Positions 17,462-27,575 of a DNA stretch of 64,000 bases are shown here, in pieces. Numbering within the stretch: position 1 is the first letter of the stretch; each line of letters begins with the position of its first letter. Origin of the DNA: an uncultured Chloroflexia bacterium (lineage in GTDB: Bacteria; Chloroflexota; Limnocylindria; Limnocylindrales; CSP1-4); NCBI GenBank assembly GCA_963766735.1, contig CAVYBU010000007.1, positions 1 to 64,000 on the forward strand. The letters run 5' to 3'. Below the pieces are notes generated by a model. The model saw nothing but the letters and a program-made list of their open reading frames with translations. It did not search any database and was not told where the DNA came from. A program made the position numbers and the translations under genes.

Positions 17462-18130
17462 ATGGCAATCCTGCGCGACGTACTCGCGGCCCTCGTCACC
17501 GGCATCGCGACGGCCCTCGTGATCGTGGCCTTGGCGATCCTCCCGTTCCTCAATCCCGTGTGGGTGGGTTTCGAGCAGGACCGCGCCGAGGCCTCAGCCT
17601 GGACGGGCTTCAGCCCGGCAGCCCTCGCCGTCGTCACGGGGGAGATCCTGGCGGATCTCGTGATCGGGCCGCCGGCGTTCGACGTGGAGCTGGACGGGCA
17701 GCCCGTGCTCCTGGAACGGGAGCGCGAGCACATGCGGGACGTCCGGAGCGTGTTCGCCGCGTTCTACGCCGCCGCACTGGTCGGCGCCCTGGTGCTGGTG
17801 GGCGCCTATCTCGCCGCCCGTTGGCGCGGCGTCCGCTCCAGGATCGCCTTCTGGCGGCGCCTGGCCGGGAGCGGCAAGGTCGTTGCCATCGTCACCGTCG
17901 TCGGCGGCATCACCGGCGTCTTCTTCTTCGACACCGCCTTCGAGGTGTTCCACCGGCTCTTCTTCCCGGCGGGCACGTACCTCTTCGATCCGAGCACGGA
18001 CCGCCTCGTCCAGCTCTTCCCTGAACAGTTCTGGGTGGAGACGACGATCGGGGTGGGGGTCGTGGTCATTGCGCTCTCGGTTGGTCTGGGCCTCCTGGCT
18101 GGTCGCCGCGCCGCAGGGCTGGAGCGGTGA
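17462..18130 (+). CDS. DUF1461/TIGR01906-like integral membrane protein
   Basis: EREHMRDVR, FEVFHRLFF, FDP..D.L..LFPEQFW. Confidence 0.85.
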   Translation: MAILRDVLAALVTGIATALVIVALAILPFLNPVWVGFEQDRAEASAWTGFSPAALAVVTGEILADLVIGPPAFDVELDGQPVLLEREREHMRDVRSVFAAFYAAALVGALVLVGAYLAARWRGVRSRIAFWRRLAGSGKVVAIVTVVGGITGVFFFDTAFEVFHRLFFPAGTYLFDPSTDRLVQLFPEQFWVETTIGVGVVVIALSVGLGLLAGRRAAGLER

Positions 18131-19281
18131 ACCCGGGCGGCGTGCCGATCGCGCGCCTGTTCGGGATCGAGATCCGCGTCTCGCTCGCCTGGGCAGTTCT
18201 GGCCGCAATCGTGACGCTCCTCGGTGCCGAGCAGGCCTCGGTCATGGCGCCCGGCATCGCCGCCCCGCTGCAGTGGTTGATTGGCGGCGCGGTGGCGCTC
18301 GGGTTCCTCATCTCCGTGGTTGCCCACGAGCTTGCCCACGCCCTCGTCGGGCGCCGCAGGGGCGTGCCGGCGAGCACGATCACCCTGGCGTTCATCGGGG
18401 GCATGGCGCCGCTCTCGATCCAGGCCTCCAGGCCCGTCGATGAACTGGTCATCGCCGTTGCCGGTCCTCTGCTCTCGTTCATCGTCGGGGCACTGCTCCT
18501 GCTCGCGGGCGCCGTGACCGGCATGGCAGGCCCGGCGCTCGGGGCCGTCGCTGGCGGTCTCGTCCTCATCGGCGGGCTCAACCTGATCCTCGGTCTCCTC
18601 AGCCTGCTGCCCGGGATGCCGCTGGACGGCGGCCGCGTCGTCCGTGCGCTGGCCTGGGCGCGGACCGGCAATCCGGACCGCGCCGGGCGCATCACCGCAC
18701 GCGTCGGCAGGATGATCGGCTGGGCGACGGTGGGGGTGGGGGCGGTCGTCGCGCTCGCGGATCAGGTGACGGTGGGGCTCCTGCTCCTTACCCTCGGCTG
18801 GCTGGTCGCCACAGGCGGGAGGACACTGGACCGGCGCCTGGACCTGGAGATCCTGCTGCGTGGCGCGACGGTCGGCGAGACGATGCAGACCGAAGGCCCG
18901 GTGGTTCCGCCCAACCTCACCGTGGATACGTTCGCGGATCGCTTCCAGGGTCCCGATGCCGTCACAGCGGTCCCGGTCGTGGAGGACGGGTTCGCCCTGG
19001 GTGTCATCGGAGCGAAGCGCCTCAAGCGGTTGGGCCGCCGGAAGCTTGGGACCGTGCGGGCGGGGGACGCGATGGCGTCGCCACCGCAGGCACCATTCTT
19101 CGCAGCGGGCGACGATCTCTGGGGTGCCGTGGAGACGCTGAACCTGGGTGGCCTGGAAGGCTTCGTGGTTGTCGACGGTGGCCGGTTCGTCGGGATCGTC
19201 ACGCGGGAGGCGATCGGAGACCTGATCCGGGGTCGCCTGCAGGCTCGGGAGGCCGCCGCTGCCGGAGACCGGACGCGGTGA
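18127..19281 (+). CDS. Site-2 protease (M50) with CBS domains
   Basis: HELAH, AGP, LLPGMPLDGGR; C-terminal CBS pair. Confidence 0.88.
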   Translation: MNPGGVPIARLFGIEIRVSLAWAVLAAIVTLLGAEQASVMAPGIAAPLQWLIGGAVALGFLISVVAHELAHALVGRRRGVPASTITLAFIGGMAPLSIQASRPVDELVIAVAGPLLSFIVGALLLLAGAVTGMAGPALGAVAGGLVLIGGLNLILGLLSLLPGMPLDGGRVVRALAWARTGNPDRAGRITARVGRMIGWATVGVGAVVALADQVTVGLLLLTLGWLVATGGRTLDRRLDLEILLRGATVGETMQTEGPVVPPNLTVDTFADRFQGPDAVTAVPVVEDGFALGVIGAKRLKRLGRRKLGTVRAGDAMASPPQAPFFAAGDDLWGAVETLNLGGLEGFVVVDGGRFVGIVTREAIGDLIRGRLQAREAAAAGDRTR

Positions 19282-20597
19282 GCGACGCGCTGCTGAGCGT
19301 CGAGGCGGCCCAGACGACGGTGCTCGCGGGTGTCGAGGCCCTGGCGGAGACCGAGATGATGGCACCTGACGATGCGCTTGGCCGCGTGGTGGCAGGAGCC
19401 CTGGTGGCCACCACGTCGATCCCGCCGTGGGACTGCTCGGCCATGGACGGCTATGCGATCCGCGCTTCAGACCTGCGGTCGGCGACGAACGCGAGGCCGG
19501 TCCGGCTCACGGTGGTGGGCGAGGTCCGTGCCGGTCGGGACCCGGACGTTCGCGTGCTGTCCGATACCGCGGTCCGGATCGCGACGGGCGCCCGCATTCC
19601 GTCGGGTGCGAACGCCGTCGTGCCGGTGGAGTCGACGACCCCGATGGGGGAGTCGGGCAGCCCGGGACCCCGTGGCCGGGAGGCGACGGGTCCCCTGCCG
19701 GTCGCGTGCCTTGTCCACGAGAGGGTGCCGATCGGGTGGGCGATCCGGCGTGCCGGGTCCAGCGTCGCAGCAGGCACGGAGGTGGTGCGGGTCGGCGAGA
19801 CGGTCACGCCGGCGGCGGTGGCGCTTGCGGCCGGCATCGGTGCCGGATCGATCGTCGTGCGACGGCGCCCGGTGGTCGCGGTGCTGGCCGTGGGCGACGA
19901 GATCCGTGGGGTCGGCACCGAAACGGGATCGGCGGGCATCCCCGATGCGAACGGGCCCGGGCTCCGCGCGCTGGCGCGGGACGCCGGCGCGGTGGCCATG
20001 GACATCGGGATCGCCGAGGACCGTCTGGAGGATGTGGTGGAGAGGCTGCGGCGGGGGATCGCGGAGGCGGATCTCGTCGTGGTCTCGGGTGGCGCGTCCG
20101 AGGGCCCGTACGACGTGGTTCGCAATGCCTTCGATGCCGTCGGCCACATGAACCTCTGGCGGGTTTCCATCCAGCCCGGCAAGCCCTTCGCCTTCGGGCG
20201 TGCTGACGCGGAGGGTCGGGAGTCGCCGGTGCTGCTGTTCGGCCTGCCCGGCAACCCCGTGGCCTCGTGGGTCACGTTCGAGCTGTTCGTGCGCCCGGCC
20301 ATCCGGCGTCTCGCCGGCCACTCCTCCCTCCACCGTGCGGTGGATCGGGGCGTCCTGGAGGAGCCGGTCACCAAGATCCCGGGTCGGCGCGGCTACCAGC
20401 TGGTCGTCGCCCTTCGAGACGACTCGGGGACACCGCTCCGCGACACCTCTGGCCGGGTCCGGGTCCGCCTTGCGGGAGGACGGGGAAGCCGCGGGCTCAC
20501 CGCCCTCACCGCGACGGATGCGCTGGCCGTCATCCCGGAGGCGAGCGCGCTCGCGGAGGCGGGCACGGAGGTCGAGTTGCGCTGGTTGGGTCGCTGA
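19278..20597 (+). CDS. moeA: Molybdopterin molybdotransferase
   Basis: SAMDGYA, IATGA, SGGAS, QPGKP and GLPGNP motifs. Confidence 0.93.
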   Translation: MSDALLSVEAAQTTVLAGVEALAETEMMAPDDALGRVVAGALVATTSIPPWDCSAMDGYAIRASDLRSATNARPVRLTVVGEVRAGRDPDVRVLSDTAVRIATGARIPSGANAVVPVESTTPMGESGSPGPRGREATGPLPVACLVHERVPIGWAIRRAGSSVAAGTEVVRVGETVTPAAVALAAGIGAGSIVVRRRPVVAVLAVGDEIRGVGTETGSAGIPDANGPGLRALARDAGAVAMDIGIAEDRLEDVVERLRRGIAEADLVVVSGGASEGPYDVVRNAFDAVGHMNLWRVSIQPGKPFAFGRADAEGRESPVLLFGLPGNPVASWVTFELFVRPAIRRLAGHSSLHRAVDRGVLEEPVTKIPGRRGYQLVVALRDDSGTPLRDTSGRVRVRLAGGRGSRGLTALTATDALAVIPEASALAEAGTEVELRWLGR

Positions 20598-20651
20598 CGG
20601 GTCACCGGGCGTTCGCGGACCCGGTAGGATCGACGGCGAGCAGGAGGTTCC

Positions 20652-21242
20652 ATGGATCGCCCCGACGCCCCGCGTGCTGAACGCCGACGCCTGACCCACG
20701 TGGATCGGCGCGGTCGGCCGCGGATGGTGGACGTGGGCGCCAAGCCCCCCACGGCCCGGCGTGCCGTCGCGGAGGCCGAGGTGGTGGTCTCGCCCGAGAC
20801 CATGAGCCTGGTCATCGACGGGGGCAACCAGAAGGGCGACGTCCTGACCGTGGCCGAGCTGGCGGGCGTGATGGGCGGCAAGCGCACCGCGGAGCTGATA
20901 CCGCTTTGCCATCCGCTCGCGCTGACAGACCTGTTCGTGTCGATCACCCCCGACCGCGCCGCCGGGGTGCTCCGTGTGCGCGCGGAGGCCGCGACGGTCG
21001 GTCCCACGGGCGTCGAGATGGAGGCGCTCACGGCGGCGTCGGTGGCCGCCCTCACCGTGTACGACATGGTCAAGGGCGTGGAGCGCGGCGTTGAGATCCG
21101 CTCGCTGCGCCTGCTCAGCAAGACCGGTGGCAAGAGTGGGGACTGGCACCGTCCAACCCCCCTGGACGAGGGCGTCGTGGTGCAGCGCCGCCGCCCCGGC
21201 GACCGGATCGCGGGCCGCGTCGGGAAGCGCAAGCCACTTTGA
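20652..21242 (+). CDS. moaC: Cyclic pyranopterin monophosphate synthase
   Basis: LTH...MVDV, KGDVL, LIPLCH, TGVEMEALT, YDMVK, KTGGKSG. Confidence 0.95.
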   Translation: MDRPDAPRAERRRLTHVDRRGRPRMVDVGAKPPTARRAVAEAEVVVSPETMSLVIDGGNQKGDVLTVAELAGVMGGKRTAELIPLCHPLALTDLFVSITPDRAAGVLRVRAEAATVGPTGVEMEALTAASVAALTVYDMVKGVERGVEIRSLRLLSKTGGKSGDWHRPTPLDEGVVVQRRRPGDRIAGRVGKRKPL

Positions 21243-21808
21243 CGGCTCCATCCGATCCCATGCCGGCCAGTCGTTCCGCGCCCCGCTCCGCGCTCGTCCT
21301 GACGGTGAGCGATCGCAGCGCGTCCGGTGAGCGGGCGGACACCTCCGGCGGGTTGTTGGAGGCGAGGCTGACGGCACTGGGTTTCGTCGTCGAGCGACGC
21401 GTTGTGCCAGACGACCAGGAAGCGATTGCCGCGGCGATCATCACGGGATCACGGGGGCATCGCCTGGTGATCACCACCGGCGGCACGGGCCTGACGCCGC
21501 GCGACGTGACCCCGCAGGCGACGGCCACCGTCCTGGACTACCAGGTCCCCGGCATCGCGGAGGCGATGCGGGCCGAGGGGCGGCGCTCCACGCCGTTCGC
21601 CGCGCTGTCGCGCGGCCTCGCGGGCGTCCGCGGCGGCTCGCTCATCGTCAACGTGCCCGGATCGCCGAAGGGGTCGATGGAGTCGTTCGAGGTGCTCGTC
21701 CCGCTCCTCGACCATGCTCTGGAGACCCTCAGCGGACCGTTCGATCACGCCGCCGCCCGGGCCGCCGGGCGAGATGACCTGCCACCCGATCTGCCGGAGA
21801 GAGCCTGA
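21239..21808 (+). CDS. moaB: MogA/MoaB molybdopterin adenylyltransferase
   Basis: TVSDR, TTGGTGLTPRDVTP, LSRG, NVPGSP. Confidence 0.9.
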   Translation: MTAPSDPMPASRSAPRSALVLTVSDRSASGERADTSGGLLEARLTALGFVVERRVVPDDQEAIAAAIITGSRGHRLVITTGGTGLTPRDVTPQATATVLDYQVPGIAEAMRAEGRRSTPFAALSRGLAGVRGGSLIVNVPGSPKGSMESFEVLVPLLDHALETLSGPFDHAAARAAGRDDLPPDLPERA

Positions 21809-21811
21809 GCC

Positions 21812-23953
21812 ATGTTCGAGCAATTCGCCGAGGTTCCCTACTACCCGCTGGTGTTCCCGATCTTCTGGGGAGCCTTCGCGATCTTCGGGCTGATGGTGGT
21901 CCGGCGCCTGCGGGTCTTCACCGCGGCGCACGCGGACGGCCCCGCCGGCTCGACGGAGATCGGGCGGCGTCTCTGGGGCCTGGTGCGGTTCACGGTCCTC
22001 CAGACGCGGATGTTCCGCCATCCCCGGGCGGGCATCGTGCACTACGCGATCTTCCTGGGCTCGACGACCCTGCTCATCGGCAACATCAACATCGTCACCG
22101 GCGGCCTGCTCGCGGCGGTCATCGGCTGGCCCATCGACGGCCTGTTCTGGGCCCTCCTGACCGGCCTGCAGAACATCACCGCCGTCGCCGTCTTTGTCGC
22201 CCTCGGCTTCGCGTTCTGGCGGCGGATCGTGGATCGCCCGACTCGGATGACCCTGAGCCGGGGCAACATGATGGTCCTGGTCCTCATCCTGCTGGTCGTC
22301 GCGACTGAGTTCCTCGCGCTGGTGTTCGAGGCGGCGAGGTACGGTGACGTGCCGGGGTCGTTCGTGACCAACGCCATGGCGGTCCCGCTCGGTGGTCTCG
22401 ACGATCAGGTGACCGAGACGCTGTTCGCGGTGCTGTGGTGGGGACACATCGCGGTGCTCGCCGTCTTCCTCGTCTTCATCCCCACCAACAAGCACTTCCA
22501 CGTCTACACGAGCTTCTTCAACGTCTACCTGCGGAAGCTGAGCCCCCGCGGCCAGCTGCCGGCGATGGACCTGGAGGCGGAGGACGCGACGTTCGGGGTC
22601 CGGTCGCTCGCAGACCTCCGCTGGAAGGACATCCTTGACGGGTACACCTGTACCGAGTGCGGTCGCTGCCAGGAGGCGTGCCCCGCCTTTGCCACGGGCA
22701 AGCCGCTCAATCCCAAGCTGCTCATCATGGGCATCCGCGAGATGGCCAAGAGCGCCGAGACGGGCATCGACCTCATCCCGGACGGTCGCGCCGTGCGCGA
22801 CACCTATGGTCGGCCGGACCCGCAGGCGGACCCGACAGCCATGGCGGCCTCAATCGTCGATACCGCCATCCCGTATGACGCGGTCTGGGACTGCCTGACC
22901 TGCGGTGCGTGTGTGGAGGCCTGCCCGGTCACCATCGAGCACGTGGACAAGATCGTCGGGCTGCGGCGCAACATGGTCCTCGAGGACAGCAGGTTCCCGC
23001 AGGAGCTCACGGCGGCGTTCCGCGGCATGGAGAGCGTCGCCAACCCGTGGGGCCAGCCGCCCTCGGCACGGATGGACTGGACGAAGGGACTCTCGTTCAA
23101 GGTCCGGACGGTCGCCGAGGTCAAGGCGGCCGGCCAGCTCGACGGTCTCGAGGTCCTCTACTGGGTCGGCTGCGCGGCCGCCTTCGACGACCGCAACAAG
23201 CGCGTCGCGCGGGCCGTCGCCACCTGCCTCGACGCCTCGGGCATCTCCTACGCAGTCCTTGGCCAGGAGGAGGCCTGCACGGGCGACCCGGCCCGCCGGA
23301 TGGGCAACGAGTATGTGTTCCAGATCCTTGCCGGCCAGAACATCGACACGCTCAAGAAGTACGGCATCGAGGAGCGCACGATCGTCACGGCCTGTCCGCA
23401 CTGCTTCAACAGCATCGGCAACGAGTACGTCCAGCTGGGCGGCAAATTCAAGATCCGCCACCACAGCGAGTTCCTGGCCGACCTCGTCAAGAGTGGTCGC
23501 CTGGTGCTCGGTGAGGACGGGCTGCCGGGCCGGTCGATCACGTACCACGACTCCTGCTACCTGGCGCGCTACAACGGCGTCATCGCACCCCCGCGCGACG
23601 TCATCAAGGCGATCCCCGGCCTTGAGCTGCGCGAGATGGACAACAGCGGGCGCCAGTCGTTCTGCTGCGGCGCGGGCGGCGGCCGGATGTGGATGGAGGA
23701 GACCCGGGGCACGCGTGTCAACGAGGCGCGAACGCTGCAGGTCCTCGACACGGGCGCAACGATGGTCGCCACGGCTTGCCCGTTCTGCATGGTGATGCTG
23801 CGCGACGGCCTGGCCGACGCCGGCAGGGGAGGGGACGCCGAGAACGCGGTGTCGGCCCAGGACATCAGCGAGCTGCTCGCGGCCGCGCTGGCGCCTGCCC
23901 AGGCGCTGGCCGGCAGGGACGTGCCGGAGGGTCGAGCGCTGCCCGTGGTCTGA
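21812..23953 (+). CDS. FadF-like membrane Fe-S oxidoreductase (TM + 2x4Fe-4S + CCG domains)
   Basis: CTECGRCQEACP, CLTCGACVEACP, TACPHC, YHDSC, CCGAGGG, TACPFC. Confidence 0.92.
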   Translation: MFEQFAEVPYYPLVFPIFWGAFAIFGLMVVRRLRVFTAAHADGPAGSTEIGRRLWGLVRFTVLQTRMFRHPRAGIVHYAIFLGSTTLLIGNINIVTGGLLAAVIGWPIDGLFWALLTGLQNITAVAVFVALGFAFWRRIVDRPTRMTLSRGNMMVLVLILLVVATEFLALVFEAARYGDVPGSFVTNAMAVPLGGLDDQVTETLFAVLWWGHIAVLAVFLVFIPTNKHFHVYTSFFNVYLRKLSPRGQLPAMDLEAEDATFGVRSLADLRWKDILDGYTCTECGRCQEACPAFATGKPLNPKLLIMGIREMAKSAETGIDLIPDGRAVRDTYGRPDPQADPTAMAASIVDTAIPYDAVWDCLTCGACVEACPVTIEHVDKIVGLRRNMVLEDSRFPQELTAAFRGMESVANPWGQPPSARMDWTKGLSFKVRTVAEVKAAGQLDGLEVLYWVGCAAAFDDRNKRVARAVATCLDASGISYAVLGQEEACTGDPARRMGNEYVFQILAGQNIDTLKKYGIEERTIVTACPHCFNSIGNEYVQLGGKFKIRHHSEFLADLVKSGRLVLGEDGLPGRSITYHDSCYLARYNGVIAPPRDVIKAIPGLELREMDNSGRQSFCCGAGGGRMWMEETRGTRVNEARTLQVLDTGATMVATACPFCMVMLRDGLADAGRGGDAENAVSAQDISELLAAALAPAQALAGRDVPEGRALPVV

Positions 23954-24082
23954 TCCCAGGGCGGCGACGACCTCGTCAGCAGCCTGTGTGGCCCTGCGCC
24001 CCGTCGGCGCCCCGAGCGGCGGTGCGCCCCGTCAGCTCGTGAGCGGCGCCCGCCCGCCGGCCCCAAGCGGCGCGTGCGCCGG

Positions 24083-24304
24083 TCAGCCCTTGAGCGGCGC
24101 CCGGCAGGAGATGCAGGTGCGGTCCGTCCAGAGGTTGCCCATGCCGCACTTCGGGCAGATCTTCTCGCCCTCCGTGGAGACGGCGAACGGGGAGTCGGAA
24201 CCCTCGGGTGTGGACGGCCTCCGGGGCCTCACCAGCATGTACCCGAGCGAGGCGAGCGCGACGGCGACGGCGACGATGAAGACGATGACGTACGTCTGGT
24301 CCAC
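24083..24304 (-). CDS. Small membrane-anchored zinc-ribbon protein
   Basis: GTG after GGAGG; TM helix then CPKC...CISC. Confidence 0.7.
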   Translation of the reverse strand: MDQTYVIVFIVAVAVALASLGYMLVRPRRPSTPEGSDSPFAVSTEGEKICPKCGMGNLWTDRTCISCRAPLKG

Positions 24305-24442
24305 GGCGGAACCTCCCGCGGCCCCGATCACCCGAGACCCCCGCGGTCGAGCGGGTCGGTGCCGCCCAATAAGGGTAGACCCGTCGTCGGGCGATGTCAC
24401 CCCGGACGTTCGGCGTGCCGCGGCGCTGCTACGATGCCTTCC

Positions 24443-25621
24443 ATGAGCACGAGCGTGCCCGCCCCCGGTTCGGTCCGCCTGACCGATGAGCAGATCCTCC
24501 TCCGCGATGCCGTGCGCATCCTCGCCGACGAGCAGGTCGCCCCTCGCGCGGCGGCGATCGATCGCGACGAGGCGTGGCCCGAGGACATGCGCCGCCTCCT
24601 GGGTGAGCATGACGTGTTCGCGATCCCGTTTGCGGAGCAGCACGGCGGCCTGGGCGCAGACCTGCTGACGCTGTGTCTGGCGATCGAGCAGCTGTCGCGC
24701 CACTGTGCCACGACGGGCCTCATCCTCGCTGTCCAGTCCCTGGGTGCCACCCCGATCCAGGTTGCGGGCACGCCGGAGCAGCAGGATCGCTGGCTCCCCG
24801 GCCTCGCGTCGGGCGAGAAGCTCATCGCCTTTGCGCTGACCGAGGCCGAGGCCGGTTCCGATCCGTCCGGCATCCGCACGAAGGCGGTCCTCGATGGCGA
24901 CGACTACGTCATCACCGGTTCCAAGCGGTTCATCAGCCACGCAAGCGTGGCGGATTACGTCGTCGTATTCGCGGTCACCAACCCGGACGCCGAGAAGTCC
25001 AGCCGGCGTCTGTCCGCCCTCCTGGTTGAAACCGACCGGCCGGGCTTCAAGGTGACGCGGATCGAGCACAAGATGGGGATCCGGGGCTCACCCACGGCGG
25101 AGCTCGCCTTCGACGGCGTCCGCGTTCCCGTGAGCAACCGCCTGGGGGCCGAGGGCCAGGGGTTCGCGATCGCGATGCAGACGTTCGAGCGGTCGCGGCC
25201 GGGCATCGCGGCCCAGGCCGTGGGCATCGCCCAGGGCGCGCTCGAGGCCGCCGCGACGTACGCCACCCAGCGCCGCCAGTTCGGCAAGTCGATCGGCGAG
25301 CTCCAGATGGTCGCGGCGATGCTTGCCGACATGGACGCCGCCACCGAGGCGGCGAGGCACCTCCTGTACACCGCCTGCGAGGAGATCGAGGCGGGAACGC
25401 CCGACGCCGCCCGATGGGCCGCGATCGCGAAGCTGGTGGCAGGCGACACCGCGATGCGGGTCACGACGGACGCCGTCCAGGTGCTGGGGGGCTACGGCTA
25501 CATCGACGAGTACCCAGTGGAGCGCATGATGCGCGACGCGAAGATCACCCAGCTGTACGAGGGGACCCAGCAGATCCAGCGGCTCATCGTTGCCCGGTCG
25601 CTGCTTGCGAAGAGCAGCTGA
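24443..25621 (+). CDS. Acyl-CoA dehydrogenase
   Basis: FALTEAEAGSD, GSKRFIS, KMGIRGS, RRQFG, GGYGY, YEGTQQIQR. Confidence 0.95.
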   Translation: MSTSVPAPGSVRLTDEQILLRDAVRILADEQVAPRAAAIDRDEAWPEDMRRLLGEHDVFAIPFAEQHGGLGADLLTLCLAIEQLSRHCATTGLILAVQSLGATPIQVAGTPEQQDRWLPGLASGEKLIAFALTEAEAGSDPSGIRTKAVLDGDDYVITGSKRFISHASVADYVVVFAVTNPDAEKSSRRLSALLVETDRPGFKVTRIEHKMGIRGSPTAELAFDGVRVPVSNRLGAEGQGFAIAMQTFERSRPGIAAQAVGIAQGALEAAATYATQRRQFGKSIGELQMVAAMLADMDAATEAARHLLYTACEEIEAGTPDAARWAAIAKLVAGDTAMRVTTDAVQVLGGYGYIDEYPVERMMRDAKITQLYEGTQQIQRLIVARSLLAKSS

Positions 25622-25806
25622 CACGGGGGCGGCGTCCACCCACCCAGGAGCGTTGCGCGCGTGCGAATCCTCGTCCTGACCAGGCCCGCACCGGTTCCGG
25701 CGTCGAACGCCGGACGGCTCGGCATTGACCACCGGCTCGATCGCTGGGCGCCGCCCGCGGTTGTCCACGGCGGCGGCTGAGCGGGCGGGCGGGGGCGGGT
25801 CGGACG

Positions 25807-26442
25807 GTGACGGGAGGCGCGATCCTGTGGCTTGCGCTCATCGGCGTCCTTGCGGGGCTGTTGCTGCTGTTCCTCGTCACCACGCGCCGCATGTCGGTGC
25901 TGATCGCCCGGACCCGGGATCTTGAGCGGGTTCAGCGCTCCGTCGAGAGCATCGATCTCAGGCTCGCGGGAGTGATCGATCCCCTCGTGGCGCGGCTGGA
26001 TGAGATCCGGCGGCGGGGCGGGGATCCGCAGGCACTGGCCCGGGACCTCGGACCGGCCCAGGCAACACTTGGGGACCTTGCCGATGAGGCGCGGGCGCTG
26101 CGCCTGCCGGCGATCCTCGCGGATCAGGCATCGGTCATGATCCACGAGACCGAGCGCGCGGCCCGGGCCGCGGAGCTCGTCGAGCACGGCCTCGGCGCCA
26201 TTCTCGCCGCCCGGGGGAACCGGGAGCTGGAGGGGCAGACGTCGCTCAAGCGAGGAGCCCTCAATCTTCGCCACGCCCGGGAGGCCTTTGGCCGCGCCGC
26301 TGCGGACGTCGCCGCGATGCGCCCCGCGGACGTCGCGGCGCGTCCGGGTCACGGGTCCGGGGCCTACTCAACGACGCCCCGTCCTGCCCCGACCCACGAG
26401 GGTGACCAGGACGTCGACGGGTCCTTCGAACCCCGCATGTAG
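25807..26442 (+). CDS. Membrane-anchored helical hypothetical protein
   Basis: N-terminal TM helix, coiled-coil-like body. Confidence 0.7.
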   Translation: MTGGAILWLALIGVLAGLLLLFLVTTRRMSVLIARTRDLERVQRSVESIDLRLAGVIDPLVARLDEIRRRGGDPQALARDLGPAQATLGDLADEARALRLPAILADQASVMIHETERAARAAELVEHGLGAILAARGNRELEGQTSLKRGALNLRHAREAFGRAAADVAAMRPADVAARPGHGSGAYSTTPRPAPTHEGDQDVDGSFEPRM

Positions 26443-26476
26443 TGGTATTCTCGGCCGACACCACAAGGGATAGTGG
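26430..26476 (+). promoter_or_regulatory. Tandem NrdR boxes
   Basis: ACCCCGCATGTAGTGG (26430) and CCACAAGGGATAGTGG (26461), 31 bp apart, directly upstream of nrdR. Confidence 0.7.
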
Positions 26477-26496
26477 TGGAGGAGGACGGAGGGTCC

Positions 26497-26985
26497 ATGC
26501 GCTGTCCACAGTGCGGCACCCGAGACTCGCGCGTCGTGGACTCTCGTGACCTGGATGAGTCCGCGATGGTCCGACGCCGCCGGGAGTGTCCCGCCTGTGC
26601 GGCCCGCTTCACCACCTACGAGCGCGTCGAGGCCGCCCGGCTGGTCGTCGTCAAGCGCGACGGCGTCCGCCAGGAGTTCGACCGCGACAAGCTGGCACGG
26701 GGGCTGGCCAAGGCCCTGACCCGGCGCCCGGTCCCGGACGACGCGGCCGAGCGTGCCGCCGACGAGATCGAGGGGGAGCTTCGGTCATCGGGTCTCTCCG
26801 AGATCCCGAGCTCGCGGGTAGGGACGATGGCCATGGACAAGCTGCGGGCCCTGGACCACATCGCCTATATCCGGTTTGCCTCCGTGTACCAGAGCTTCGA
26901 GGACCTGGCGGATCTCAAGCGGGAGGTGGACCAGCTGTTCGCCGAAGGCACGCCCAAGAAGGGGAAGGGGAAGCGGGAGGCATGA
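26497..26985 (+). CDS. nrdR: Transcriptional repressor NrdR
   Basis: MRCPQC...DSR...[18 protein letters not shown] cone, AYIRFASVY. Confidence 0.97.
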   Translation: MRCPQCGTRDSRVVDSRDLDESAMVRRRRECPACAARFTTYERVEAARLVVVKRDGVRQEFDRDKLARGLAKALTRRPVPDDAAERAADEIEGELRSSGLSEIPSSRVGTMAMDKLRALDHIAYIRFASVYQSFEDLADLKREVDQLFAEGTPKKGKGKREA

Positions 26986-27575
26986 GCGTCCTGTCCGATC
27001 GCGACATCCGCGCCCAGCTGGAGTCCGGCCGCGTCCGGATCCACCCGTACGACCCCGCGGACCTGCAGCCCTCTTCCGTGGACCTCCACCTCGACCGCAG
27101 CTTCCGGGTGTTCCGCAACAACCGGTACGCGTACATCGACCCGCGCCAGCCCCAGCCCGATCTCACGGAGCTGCTGTCCATCACGGACGACGAGCCGTTC
27201 GTCCTCCACCCGGGAGAGTTCGTGCTGGGCCAGACCCTGGAGTGGGTGGAGCTGCCGGACGACCTGGTCGCCAGGCTCGAGGGCAAGAGCTCGCTGGGCC
27301 GCCTGGGCCTCCTCATCCACTCGACCGCCGGCTACGTGGACCCGGGCTGGAAGGGCACGCTCACCCTCGAGCTGTCCAACGTGGCCAACCTGCCGATCGC
27401 CCTCTATGCCGGGATGAGGATCGGCCAGATCAGCTTCTTCCGGATGAGCTCCCCGGTGGAGCGGCCGTACGGCAGCAAGGACCTCGGGTCGAAGTACCAG
27501 GGCCAGTCAGAGCCCACGGCGTCCGCCTACCACGCGGACTTCGAGCGTGGCCGGAAGATCACGGAAGGGACCTGA
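26982..27575 (+). CDS. dcd: dCTP deaminase
   Basis: [38 protein letters not shown]. Confidence 0.97.
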   Translation: MSVLSDRDIRAQLESGRVRIHPYDPADLQPSSVDLHLDRSFRVFRNNRYAYIDPRQPQPDLTELLSITDDEPFVLHPGEFVLGQTLEWVELPDDLVARLEGKSSLGRLGLLIHSTAGYVDPGWKGTLTLELSNVANLPIALYAGMRIGQISFFRMSSPVERPYGSKDLGSKYQGQSEPTASAYHADFERGRKITEGT